The notes beneath the pieces are model-generated. The model saw nothing but the letters and a program-made list of their open reading frames with translations. It searched no databases and was not told the DNA's origin. Position numbers and translations under genes: made by a program. A DNA stretch of 41,921 nt from a virus (lineage: Duplodnaviria; Caudoviricetes), in the IMG/VR virus record IMGVR_UViG_3300031965_001337, positions 1 through 41,921 of that record, one strand, 5' to 3'. Numbering within the stretch: the first letter of the stretch is position 1; each line of letters starts with the position of its first letter. Positions 34,994-41,921 of the stretch are shown in pieces.

Positions 34994-35491
34994 ATGACGA
35001 TCCGCCGCGCTACCGCTGCCGACCGCGCGCTCATCATGGGTCTGCTCGATGCGCTGCCCGAAGAGTTTCACGTGCCGTGGCCGGAGCCGGAGACGCCCGT
35101 AGACCCACCTCCGGCCCCCTACTGGATCACGTCGCCGAAGTGCCACGTTTGGGTCGATGACGCGATCCCCGCCCTCTGTCGCATCGACGCCATGCCGGAG
35201 CGGTTGGCAGCCGGGGTCATCTGGCTCCTGCCGCGGGCGGAACTCAAGGCGGATAACTGGCGACCTCTGATGCGACTGTTGCGGGCGACTCTCGCCGATG
35301 TGCTGCTCGGCCAGCGACAGGCGGGCGGCTGGACGGTCTCGGCAACGTTCGTCGCAACGGCGGACAACGCCGAGGAACTGTGTCGTTTCTGGCAGACGAA
35401 GTTTCCCGGGGCTGCCGTTCGTCGCCGACCCGATCTTCGCTTCGAGATCGTGTGGAACATGCGTGACGCCGCCCGTCAGGTGGTGCCCTAG
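34994..35491 (+). CDS. hypothetical protein, possibly GNAT-fold
   Basis: MTIRRATAADRALIMGLL start and DNAEELCRFW motif resemble GNAT motifs. Confidence 0.45.
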   Translation: MTIRRATAADRALIMGLLDALPEEFHVPWPEPETPVDPPPAPYWITSPKCHVWVDDAIPALCRIDAMPERLAAGVIWLLPRAELKADNWRPLMRLLRATLADVLLGQRQAGGWTVSATFVATADNAEELCRFWQTKFPGAAVRRRPDLRFEIVWNMRDAARQVVP

Positions 35492-36679
35492 ATGACGCTC
35501 GTAGGACGGGGCGGGGTTGCGCCGGAGTGCATCCACGCCGGGACGTATGCGGTCGCCTCTACCGTCCCCGCGTCCTACTCGGTCGTCACCACGCCCGCGC
35601 CGAGTCAGGGGCTGGGACGCTTCAAGGCGGTCAATCCTGCGGCGACATGGTGGCTCCAGCGGTCGGGGATGACGTTTGCCGCTCAGCCGTGGACGTGGCT
35701 GGTACAGCGCGACTTCCGCGCCGTCGGCACGTTCTCCGCAGGGAGTAACTTCTGCATCGGCATCATGAACTTCGAGGCTTTGGGTTTGCGCGGGTTCGGG
35801 CAAGCGAGCGGTAAATACAAGGTGGCGTTGGTCGACCTCACGGGCGCCGCGCAGGGCACGAGTACGACGGAGTACGCGAGCAATGTTGACATCACGATCC
35901 GCGTCCAGTGGAACGGGAGTGAAGCGAAGGTCTGGATCAACGGGCTGCTGGAGATCACCGTGGCGACGACCGGCCGCCCGACTACTGGACAGATGATTCT
36001 TTGGTGGCTCGCTAGTGACATGGCGACGGTGACGAAGTATTGGGGCGTGTATTCGGTGGCGACAAGCGACACTGAGGCAGATCGTATCGGCACGAACCTT
36101 CGTCGCGGCCGGCTCGACCCCACCGGCGACACGACGGAAGACGACTTCGGCCAGCAGGGTGCATCGTGCGTAGCGGGAGACGCCACGTTCTCCAACTGGG
36201 ACGACTACGCGGGCGGGGGTGCGCCGGATGACGCGACGACGTTCAACTGCGGTGCGACGCTAGGCACGAAGCAGGTCTCGTCGCTCTCTACGGTGACAGT
36301 CGCCGACGTGGTGCTTGGCGTGGCCGCGCGCTATTGGGCACACGCGAACATCGGCGACAAGGGCCATGTGCAACTCCTGGCGCGTCTCAAGTATGCGGGG
36401 AACGCTATTGACGCCGCCGACCCGCTGGAGGCATCAGCTACCTGGGTGGGATGGGCCGAGTGGTTCAGTACGCCTCCTGGTGGTGGCGCGTGGTCACAGA
36501 CGATCATCGACGGCCTTGAGTGCGGCTGTTCTCGATTCGGCTCGGCAGCCGCCAATCTGGACGTCTCGGCGATGGCGGTCGAGGTGTTCTGGGTGGACGC
36601 AGACCCGCCGGCGTACCTCGACCTGGAGCACGACGTCGCGCGTGGAAGCAGGCGCGGCGTTCTGAGAGGGGTCGCCTAG
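35492..36679 (+). CDS. tail-associated beta-sandwich (LamG/lectin-like) protein
   Basis: IRVQWNGSEAKVWING, PGGGAWSQT.IDGLECG motifs; tail module. Confidence 0.6.
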   Translation: MTLVGRGGVAPECIHAGTYAVASTVPASYSVVTTPAPSQGLGRFKAVNPAATWWLQRSGMTFAAQPWTWLVQRDFRAVGTFSAGSNFCIGIMNFEALGLRGFGQASGKYKVALVDLTGAAQGTSTTEYASNVDITIRVQWNGSEAKVWINGLLEITVATTGRPTTGQMILWWLASDMATVTKYWGVYSVATSDTEADRIGTNLRRGRLDPTGDTTEDDFGQQGASCVAGDATFSNWDDYAGGGAPDDATTFNCGATLGTKQVSSLSTVTVADVVLGVAARYWAHANIGDKGHVQLLARLKYAGNAIDAADPLEASATWVGWAEWFSTPPGGGAWSQTIIDGLECGCSRFGSAAANLDVSAMAVEVFWVDADPPAYLDLEHDVARGSRRGVLRGVA

Positions 36680-37561
36680 ATGGAGACATTACGTAAGTAC
36701 GGGGTGGCGACGACGATCAGGCTCCCGATGGTCAAAGTGAACGTCCGCGACTTCGCGGTAGCCGCCGACTGGACACCCGCCGCCGGAGATGTGCAGCTCA
36801 GCAAGGACGGTGGGGCGTTCGCCAACATCGGGACGCTCCCCACGCACCTAGGCAAAGGTATCTGGACCTACACCTTCACCGCGACCGAGCTACAGGCGGC
36901 GGTGATCGCCGTCGTTGCCGTGGATACCGCACCAAAGGTCATCGAGGATCAAGCGTTTCTGATTGGCACCTACGGCAACGCCAGCGCCCAGCACGCGCTC
37001 GACCTCGACACGATCATCGAAAACCAGGTCTGGGACGCCGGCGCCGCCGGCCACCAGGACCCGAACAGCATCGGACACCGCATCTGGCAGGGCATCCGCG
37101 CTGCTGCGGCCCAGGCCGCGACGTCCACCTCCATCACGCTCGACGCCGCCGCCAGCTCCGTTGACGACTTCTACAAGGGCGCGCTCATCGTCACCAAACA
37201 GTCCGGCGCCACCGGCTCCGGCCAGGCCCGCCTCATCACCGCGTACAACGGCACCACCAAGGTCGCCACCATCACGCCCGCCTGGGTCACGACGCCCGCG
37301 TCCACGATCGGCTTCGTCATCTTCGGTGTCCCAGACGCCGACGCCATCGCAGACGCCATCCTCAAGCGCCCCATCTCCAACGTCGAGCCGGCCGGGACCT
37401 TCCGCACGCTCTACGGCGCCGTCGCCGCGCTCGTCAACCGCCGCCGCATCAACGCCGGAAACCTCGAGGTCTTCAAGACCGACGGCGCCACCCTCCTCGG
37501 CACGCTCGCCGTCACCACAGACGCCGCCCAGGACCCCGTGAAGGAGCTCGACACCGTATGA
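36680..37561 (+). CDS. tail fibre/baseplate-associated structural protein
   Basis: AGDVQLSKDGGAFAN, ASSVDDFYKG, GSGQARLITAYNGTTKVAT. Confidence 0.65.
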   Translation: METLRKYGVATTIRLPMVKVNVRDFAVAADWTPAAGDVQLSKDGGAFANIGTLPTHLGKGIWTYTFTATELQAAVIAVVAVDTAPKVIEDQAFLIGTYGNASAQHALDLDTIIENQVWDAGAAGHQDPNSIGHRIWQGIRAAAAQAATSTSITLDAAASSVDDFYKGALIVTKQSGATGSGQARLITAYNGTTKVATITPAWVTTPASTIGFVIFGVPDADAIADAILKRPISNVEPAGTFRTLYGAVAALVNRRRINAGNLEVFKTDGATLLGTLAVTTDAAQDPVKELDTV

Positions 37562-37680
37562 TCTGCCTGCTCCTCGTTCTCTACTTCACGATCGCGCCGG
37601 CCATCATCATCGCCGACGCCGTCGCCTTGGCCATCTCCCCTCCCCGCGCCGGGGAGGGGCCGGGGGAGAGGTTCCAATGA
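37558..37680 (+). CDS. small hydrophobic peptide (40 aa)
   Basis: ATGA overlaps at both ends; MICLLLVLYFTIAPAIII. Confidence 0.35.
   Translation: MICLLLVLYFTIAPAIIIADAVALAISPPRAGEGPGERFQ
37635..37671. repeat. REP-like palindromic element
   Basis: CTCCCCTCCCC-GCGCC-GGGGAGGGG-CC-GGGGGAGAGG. Confidence 0.5.
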
Positions 37681-37889
37681 ACTCCCTCGCCTTCGCGCAC
37701 TCGCTCTTCCTCGGCGGTGGCGCTGGGGTCGCCCCCGTAGAGCGTCCGTCCCGGCTCGGTGCCGCCTCCGGCGGCTTACGGGAGCGCGCCGTCACCGCCG
37801 ATCCGATCCTGCTGGCGCGGCCACACGGGGCAGGCCTCCGCGCGCTGCTCCGGTCCGCCGCCGATCTCGACAAGAAGGCGCGTCGGTGA
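37677..37889 (+). CDS. small hypothetical protein
   Basis: C-terminal half similar to the 34885 micro-protein. Confidence 0.5.
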   Translation: MNSLAFAHSLFLGGGAGVAPVERPSRLGAASGGLRERAVTADPILLARPHGAGLRALLRSAADLDKKARR

Positions 37890-37907
37890 GCGCGTGGGGA
37901 GGATGAG

Positions 37908-38264
37908 ATGGACAGCATCATCGCGGTAGCCACCATCGGGTTTGTCGGGAGCATCGTGAGCGCCGTCGTGCTCTACACGAACCGCCGGCGCAACGGGTCC
38001 GGGTCGGGCTCGCCGCGCAGCGCGATCGATCCGGAGCACGCGAAGAGCGGCGAGCTGGCCGCCGCCTTCTGGCTCCAGCAGTTCAAGTTGGTCTATGACA
38101 CGCTCAACCTGCACGCGGCGAAGATGGAAGGGTTCGGTGTGAAGATCGACGCGCTGCGGTCTGAGACGCAGCACGGCTTCGGCTGCAGCAACACACTGCT
38201 GCAGGACATCCTGCGCGAGCTCCGCTACGACAACGGCAGGAGGGAAGGGAGGCACGAGCGATGA
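37908..38264 (+). CDS. single-TM coiled-coil membrane protein (lysis module)
   Basis: N-terminal TM followed by RRR; SD GGAGG. Confidence 0.65.
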   Translation: MDSIIAVATIGFVGSIVSAVVLYTNRRRNGSGSGSPRSAIDPEHAKSGELAAAFWLQQFKLVYDTLNLHAAKMEGFGVKIDALRSETQHGFGCSNTLLQDILRELRYDNGRREGRHER

Positions 38265-38449
38265 AGTTCATCTGGAACGCGAAGAGCGGCGAGATCCACC
38301 GGCTGGATGCCGACGGCCGCAGCCTCGAGGCGTGCAACCTCGACCAGATCGAGACGCGGGAGGAGATCGAGGAGGACGAAGCGCTGCGGTTGCTCGCCGA
38401 TGGCAGCGGCGATCGCTGCGGGCATTGCTGGAAGGAGGACGAGGACTGA
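38261..38449 (+). CDS. small acidic His/Cys metal-binding protein
   Basis: EIH...EACNLD...RCGHCW; SD GGAGG; coupling both sides. Confidence 0.65.
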   Translation: MKFIWNAKSGEIHRLDADGRSLEACNLDQIETREEIEEDEALRLLADGSGDRCGHCWKEDED

Positions 38450-38733
38450 TGGAAGACACAACCGTACTGGGCGGCCTCGCCGCCGTCCCGATCATCACCG
38501 CGCTGCTGCAGGTGCTGAAGCCGCTCATGCCGGCCGCCTGGGTCGCGCGGGTGACGCCGGCCGCGGCTGTCGCGATCGGTGTCGGGTGGAACGTCGGCCT
38601 GGCCGCGTCGACCGGCGAGCTGACCGGCACCACGCCCTTCCTGGGCGCAGTGGTCGGCCTGGCGGCGGCCGGCCTGTACTCGGCGGCCCGGCCTGTCCGG
38701 GAGGCGCTGAGCGGCGGGACTGGCGGGCCGTGA
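38449..38733 (+). CDS. holin (3 TM)
   Basis: VPIITALLQVLK...P..AVAIGV...GAVVGLAAAGLYS; upstream of amidase. Confidence 0.8.
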   Translation: MEDTTVLGGLAAVPIITALLQVLKPLMPAAWVARVTPAAAVAIGVGWNVGLAASTGELTGTTPFLGAVVGLAAAGLYSAARPVREALSGGTGGP

Positions 38734-38855
38734 GCGGGCACGCGAGCGCGGCGGCCGACGCCCTGGCGTGGGCGTTCGCGCCGTGCCCGCCGCTGTGGGC
38801 CGCGCTGGCGCTGTGGGCGAGCCTGCTGGGGCTGCGGGCGCTGCCCGATTGGTGA
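38730..38855 (+). CDS. small membrane peptide
   Basis: GTGA and TGATG coupling; hydrophobic. Confidence 0.35.
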   Translation: MSGHASAAADALAWAFAPCPPLWAALALWASLLGLRALPDW

Positions 38856-39064
38856 TGGGCGGCGCCATGCTCGACCTGGTGCGCGTCGCGCGGGCACGGA
38901 AGGCGCTGCTCGACGCGCTGGCGAGTGTGCCGGCCGGACACGACTACGCGCGGTCCGCGTGGTCGTACAACGAGACGGACTGCCTCGCCGAGCGGCTGCT
39001 GCTGCGCCGCGCCGCCTGGGTCGAGGACGGTTGCATGTTGAGCGAGGAGATAAGACGGCTGTGA
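38855..39064 (+). CDS. hypothetical protein
   Basis: coupled at both ends. Confidence 0.4.
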   Translation: MGGAMLDLVRVARARKALLDALASVPAGHDYARSAWSYNETDCLAERLLLRRAAWVEDGCMLSEEIRRL

Positions 39065-39723
39065 CGTTTCCAGCACAGTACCCGAACGCGATCGTGGTGG
39101 CCGCCCATCCGACGAACATCTTGCGTCCGGTGAACAAGCCGAAGGCGCTGTTCCTGCACACGCCGGAGGAACCGGTAGACGACTACGAATCTACGCCGCG
39201 CTGGTTCCAGCGTCCGAACATCGGCGGCTCGACGCACTACTACGCCGACTCGGACGGCGACATCTACCAGATGGTGCCGGAGGAGAACGGAGCGATCGCG
39301 AACGGCCTGGAGGGGAAGCCGCGGCCAGCGTGGGCGGACGCTACGTCGCTCAACTACCAGTCGCTCTCTATCGAGATCGAGGGCTTCGCCGCTGCGATGC
39401 ACCGCACGTGCCCGCCGGGCAGCCGGCAGTGGAACGCCGTCAGGACGTGGATCGTCTCACGGGCGCTCGTCTACCGCATCCCGATCGACCGCGCGCACGT
39501 CATGGGCCACTACGAGGTGTCGAACCAGCGCAGCGATCCCGGCACGCTGAAGATCGACCAGCTCGTCGCCGACGCGGCGACGGTCGCGGCGCGGCTGATC
39601 GCGGCGACAGCCGACGTGCGGGCGCACCTAGCGATCCGGGAGGCGCTCTCGCGGGCGTGGGAGCAGGGCGACTGGCGGATGATCCACCGGCAGCTGCACG
39701 TGATCGGGGTGGCGCTGGACTAG
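39061..39723 (+). CDS. endolysin, N-acetylmuramoyl-L-alanine amidase (Amidase_2)
   Basis: FLHTPE, STHYY, NYQSLSIE, GHYEV...SDPG; SD GAGGAG. Confidence 0.9.
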   Translation: MTFPAQYPNAIVVAAHPTNILRPVNKPKALFLHTPEEPVDDYESTPRWFQRPNIGGSTHYYADSDGDIYQMVPEENGAIANGLEGKPRPAWADATSLNYQSLSIEIEGFAAAMHRTCPPGSRQWNAVRTWIVSRALVYRIPIDRAHVMGHYEVSNQRSDPGTLKIDQLVADAATVAARLIAATADVRAHLAIREALSRAWEQGDWRMIHRQLHVIGVALD

Positions 39724-40148
39724 TCGGCTACGCGGACGCATTCCTCGATCAAGATCTCGCCCGCGCGCCCGATGTCCGGGCCTCCCACGCCGGTCGCTAG
39801 CGCTGAGACCTCGGTCTGCGCCGCCTCAATGCTAGCGAGGCGCGCCTGGAGCTCCGCGGCCGACAGTTGCGACTCGTCGACCTCGGGTACGCGTTGAACG
39901 ATCAAGGCGATCTGAGCATCGTTCAACGCGCGGGCGGCCTCTTCCCCAGAGAGCCCGGCCAGCCCGGCACACAGGCTGCGCGTGGTGGGATCGAGCAGCG
40001 CGGACCGCATCGAACTACGGTACTCCGACTCGCTGACGTCCCCACGAGGTAGGTGCAAGACGGAATCACCACCCGCGTCGTCTTCGGAACAGGCCCAAGC
40101 GATCGCCGCCAGGGCAACGAACATTGCCGTGAGAATCGCGCGCATCAC
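39720..40148 (-). CDS. lipoprotein, candidate superinfection-exclusion protein
   Basis: MRAILTAMFVALAAIAWAC signal ending in Cys; SD GGAGG; co-oriented with repressor and integrase. Confidence 0.7.
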   Translation of the reverse strand: MMRAILTAMFVALAAIAWACSEDDAGGDSVLHLPRGDVSESEYRSSMRSALLDPTTRSLCAGLAGLSGEEAARALNDAQIALIVQRVPEVDESQLSAAELQARLASIEAAQTEVSALATGVGGPDIGRAGEILIEECVRVAD

Positions 40149-40179
40149 ACCAACCTCCCTTCGGTTCCTGCGGCGCCCA

Positions 40180-41037
40180 TTATAGCCGGTCGGCCAGCGA
40201 AAGGCGACGCTGCTGCTCGACCGCGCGGAGCTCCTCGATGGAGCGCTGATAGTAGCGGACCATCTCCAGACTGTGGCCGTCGACGGCGGCCACGCCGATC
40301 TGGTCGGCGCCCGCGCCGATGAGATCGCAGATCCGCGTCACCCGCAGCCGGTGCGGATACACCGCGCCGGGCGGCAACCCGGCCCGGCCGGCCATGCCGT
40401 CGAGCAGCCGCTTGAGGCTGCTCTTGCTCAGCCGCCAGAGGTGATCGTCGCCGTTGCGGAGCTCGCCCAGCGCGGCCAGCGCGACCACGCCGACGGCGAC
40501 GAGGCGCGGGCGGCCGCCCTTGCCGTCGCGGATAACGATCGTCCCGGTCCGCCAGTCGACGTCGCGCCCGCGGATCGCCAGAGCCTCGGACCGGCGCACG
40601 CCGGTATCGAGCATGGTGAGGAGGAGCGCCCGCTGCTGCGGCGTCTCGGCCGCGCGCAAGAGCGCCCGCAGCTCGGCCAGCGTGAGCGGCGGTCTCGCCG
40701 GCGGCAGGACCTTCCGCATCTTCAGCCCGACCGTCGGATCGCGCCGGACCAGCGGCGGCCGCCGCTCGGCCTGGGCCCAGCGAAAGAAGGACCGCAACGC
40801 GGAGATCCGCGTGTTGACCGTCGACGACGCGCGGCCGAAGCGCTTGCGCAGCACCGTGATGTGGCGAGCGACGAGCAGCTCGTCGACGTCGGCGAGCGCG
40901 TCCACGCGGACGGCGCGAGAGAACCTATCGAGGTGACCCAGGTAGGTGGCGGTGGTCTGTTCGGAGCGTCCTTGCTGGCCTAGGAGGTAGAGGCGGTAGC
41001 CGTCCCGCGCCGCGATCCACCAGGCGCGTTGCGTCGT
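40180..41037 (-). CDS. int: Xer-like tyrosine recombinase/integrase, probable ACG start
   Basis: YRLYL..QGRSEQT..TY..HL..F N-domain, TVNTRISALRSFF, TGVRRSE, GKGG, HRLR, GH, Y; SD AAGGAG before ACG codons. Confidence 0.88.
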   Translation of the reverse strand, partial: TTQRAWWIAARDGYRLYLLGQQGRSEQTTATYLGHLDRFSRAVRVDALADVDELLVARHITVLRKRFGRASSTVNTRISALRSFFRWAQAERRPPLVRRDPTVGLKMRKVLPPARPPLTLAELRALLRAAETPQQRALLLTMLDTGVRRSEALAIRGRDVDWRTGTIVIRDGKGGRPRLVAVGVVALAALGELRNGDDHLWRLSKSSLKRLLDGMAGRAGLPPGAVYPHRLRVTRICDLIGAGADQIGVAAVDGHSLEMVRYYQRSIEELRAVEQQRRLSLADRL

Positions 41038-41291
41038 CCGTTCTCCTTCGGCGGGTCTGCTGCCAAGAGCGACAACGAGGCCAGCTCGTCGGCAGGGATG
41101 TCATACAGGAGGGAAAAGGCCATAATGTGCCGTCGCCGGGGCTCCCCACTGATGCCTTCCTCGATGGCGTAGATCGTTCCTCGTTTGATGGGGCGGCCGA
41201 GACGTTCGCTCTCTTCAGCCGCCTCATCGAGCGTCCAGCCCCGGCGGGTGCGCTCCTCATAGAGCCTCTGTCCGAGGGGCGGTCTCTCCAC
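40980..41291 (-). CDS. XRE-family HTH repressor (CI-like), likely leaderless GTG start
   Basis: LGQRLYEERTRRGWTLDEAAE...TIYAIEEG...P...FSLLYDIPADEL. Confidence 0.8.
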   Translation of the reverse strand: MERPPLGQRLYEERTRRGWTLDEAAEESERLGRPIKRGTIYAIEEGISGEPRRRHIMAFSLLYDIPADELASLSLLAADPPKENGRRNAPGGSRRGTATASTS

Positions 41292-41298
41292 AGCCCTA

Positions 41299-41327
41299 AT
41301 TCTAGGCCGGCCAATGCGCTTTGTCAA
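41299..41327 (-). promoter_or_regulatory. leftward sigma70 promoter for repressor operon
   Basis: TTGACA-17 nt-TAGAAT on the minus strand; GTG start 7 nt after -10. Confidence 0.8.
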
Positions 41328-41357
41328 ATTGCGTTGAAAAGTCGCCATCATCCCCCC

Positions 41358-41386
41358 TTGACAACAGCTATTCAATGTGCTTGAAT
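41358..41386 (+). promoter_or_regulatory. rightward (early lytic) promoter
   Basis: TTGACA-17 nt-TTGAAT; divergent from repressor promoter. Confidence 0.55.
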
Positions 41387-41388
41387 AG
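41368..41388. promoter_or_regulatory. operator-like palindrome
   Basis: CTATTCAA-TGTGC-TTGAATAG perfect inverted repeat over the rightward -10. Confidence 0.7.
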
Positions 41389-41449
41389 GCTCCATGACTA
41401 CGGCACGGATGCCTAAACGCGTTATCGAAGTTGGAGCGGAAGGAGCGCC

Positions 41450-41659
41450 ATGCCCGACAACACCGCCAACTACAACATCACGCCCGGAGAGTGCGAACGA
41501 ACGATCGGCCACTGCTGGGGTCCAACCGTCACGATCACGCCACTTGCTGGACCTATCGCCCAACGGATGGGCGGCAAGTCGGAGTCCAGCCAGATGTGCA
41601 GGCACTGCGGCGCAAGGTCGATCAACAGGACGGTTCGCGAAATCGTTCGGCACGGCTAA
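41450..41659 (+). CDS. small zinc-binding protein
   Basis: C...GHCW...CRHCG; SD AAGGAG. Confidence 0.6.
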   Translation: MPDNTANYNITPGECERTIGHCWGPTVTITPLAGPIAQRMGGKSESSQMCRHCGARSINRTVREIVRHG

Positions 41660-41663
41660 CGCA

Positions 41664-41921
41664 TCAATCCGCCACACGGGCAAGGAAGAACGGGATGCCG
41701 TCCCACTCTTCGCCGCCGGCGACCGTTCGCATCGCCATGACGCTGATCACGATCTGGCCATCGACGACGGCGACGTTGTGCGAAACGGGCCGCCACCGGC
41801 CATGCTCGAAGCTGTCGAGGTCCTCCGCGAGGCTGTTCACCATGTCCCGCCAATCGGCCGGCTTACCGAGATCGACCGAGCCGAGCGGGACCGCTCTACC
41901 CAGGAGTACGTAGTCGTCCAT
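41664..41921 (-). CDS. hypothetical protein
   Basis: 85-aa ORF with GC3 bias; ATG at window edge. Confidence 0.5.
   Translation of the reverse strand: MDDYVLLGRAVPLGSVDLGKPADWRDMVNSLAEDLDSFEHGRWRPVSHNVAVVDGQIVISVMAMRTVAGGEEWDGIPFFLARVAD

Noticed and set aside
41292-41375. Longer repressor N-terminus (TTG 41375 or ATG 41351/41348)
   Set aside because: This stretch contains the consensus leftward promoter; GTG 41291 fits the HTH start better
1-41921. Many long antisense and alternate-frame ORFs in the track (e.g. 1623-3590 -, 28618-30789 -, most of 14006-15457 +)
   Set aside because: Shadow ORFs from high GC; Arg/Ala/Pro-rich, no motifs, overlapping well-supported genes
1-41921. CRISPR array, tRNA genes, reverse transcriptase/DGR, transposase
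   Set aside because: No regularly spaced repeats, T-loop/cloverleaf, RT motif or TR/VR pair found by eye
41394-41921. Leaderless ORF from ATG 41394 running off the window
   Set aside because: No recognisable motifs; overlaps the SD-supported 41450 ORF and is antisense to 41664-41921
1-41921. Direct circular join of the window ends
   Set aside because: The ends are two back-to-back start codons with no terminal repeat or promoter space, so some sequence is probably missing
1-41921. Host assignment (e.g. Chloroflexota or Actinomycetota)
   Set aside because: High GC, amidase and no evident spanins suggest a monoderm host with peptidoglycan, but nothing in the sequence fixes the taxon

Overview
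The window is a near-complete, high-GC temperate siphovirus genome of HK97 type, probably circularly permuted and trimmed at gene boundaries. Order on the + strand: early/accessory genes (HNH, metallopeptidase, DUF87/HerA-like ATPase with tandem winged helices, ParB-like, nucleoside deoxyribosyltransferase-like, DUF5131 radical SAM), replication genes with an iteron-like origin, a secreted Rpf-like muralytic enzyme, an S-adenosylmethionine decarboxylase-like enzyme, packaging (HNH, cos-like region, TerS, TerL), head, tail and lysis. A leftward repressor-integrase-lipoprotein operon follows. Notable items: (1) a twice-repeated late-gene control module (zinc-finger ORF, sigma70 promoter, CCGC-N4-GCG hairpins overlapping a terminator) upstream of the capsid and tail-chaperone genes; (2) a truncated second TerS in a TerS'-HNH-HTH cassette between terL and portal; (3) three genes that appear to start at non-canonical codons (CTG, ATC, ACG); (4) a dual-coded Rpf-like locus. 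All family calls come from motif recognition by eye; no searches were run.
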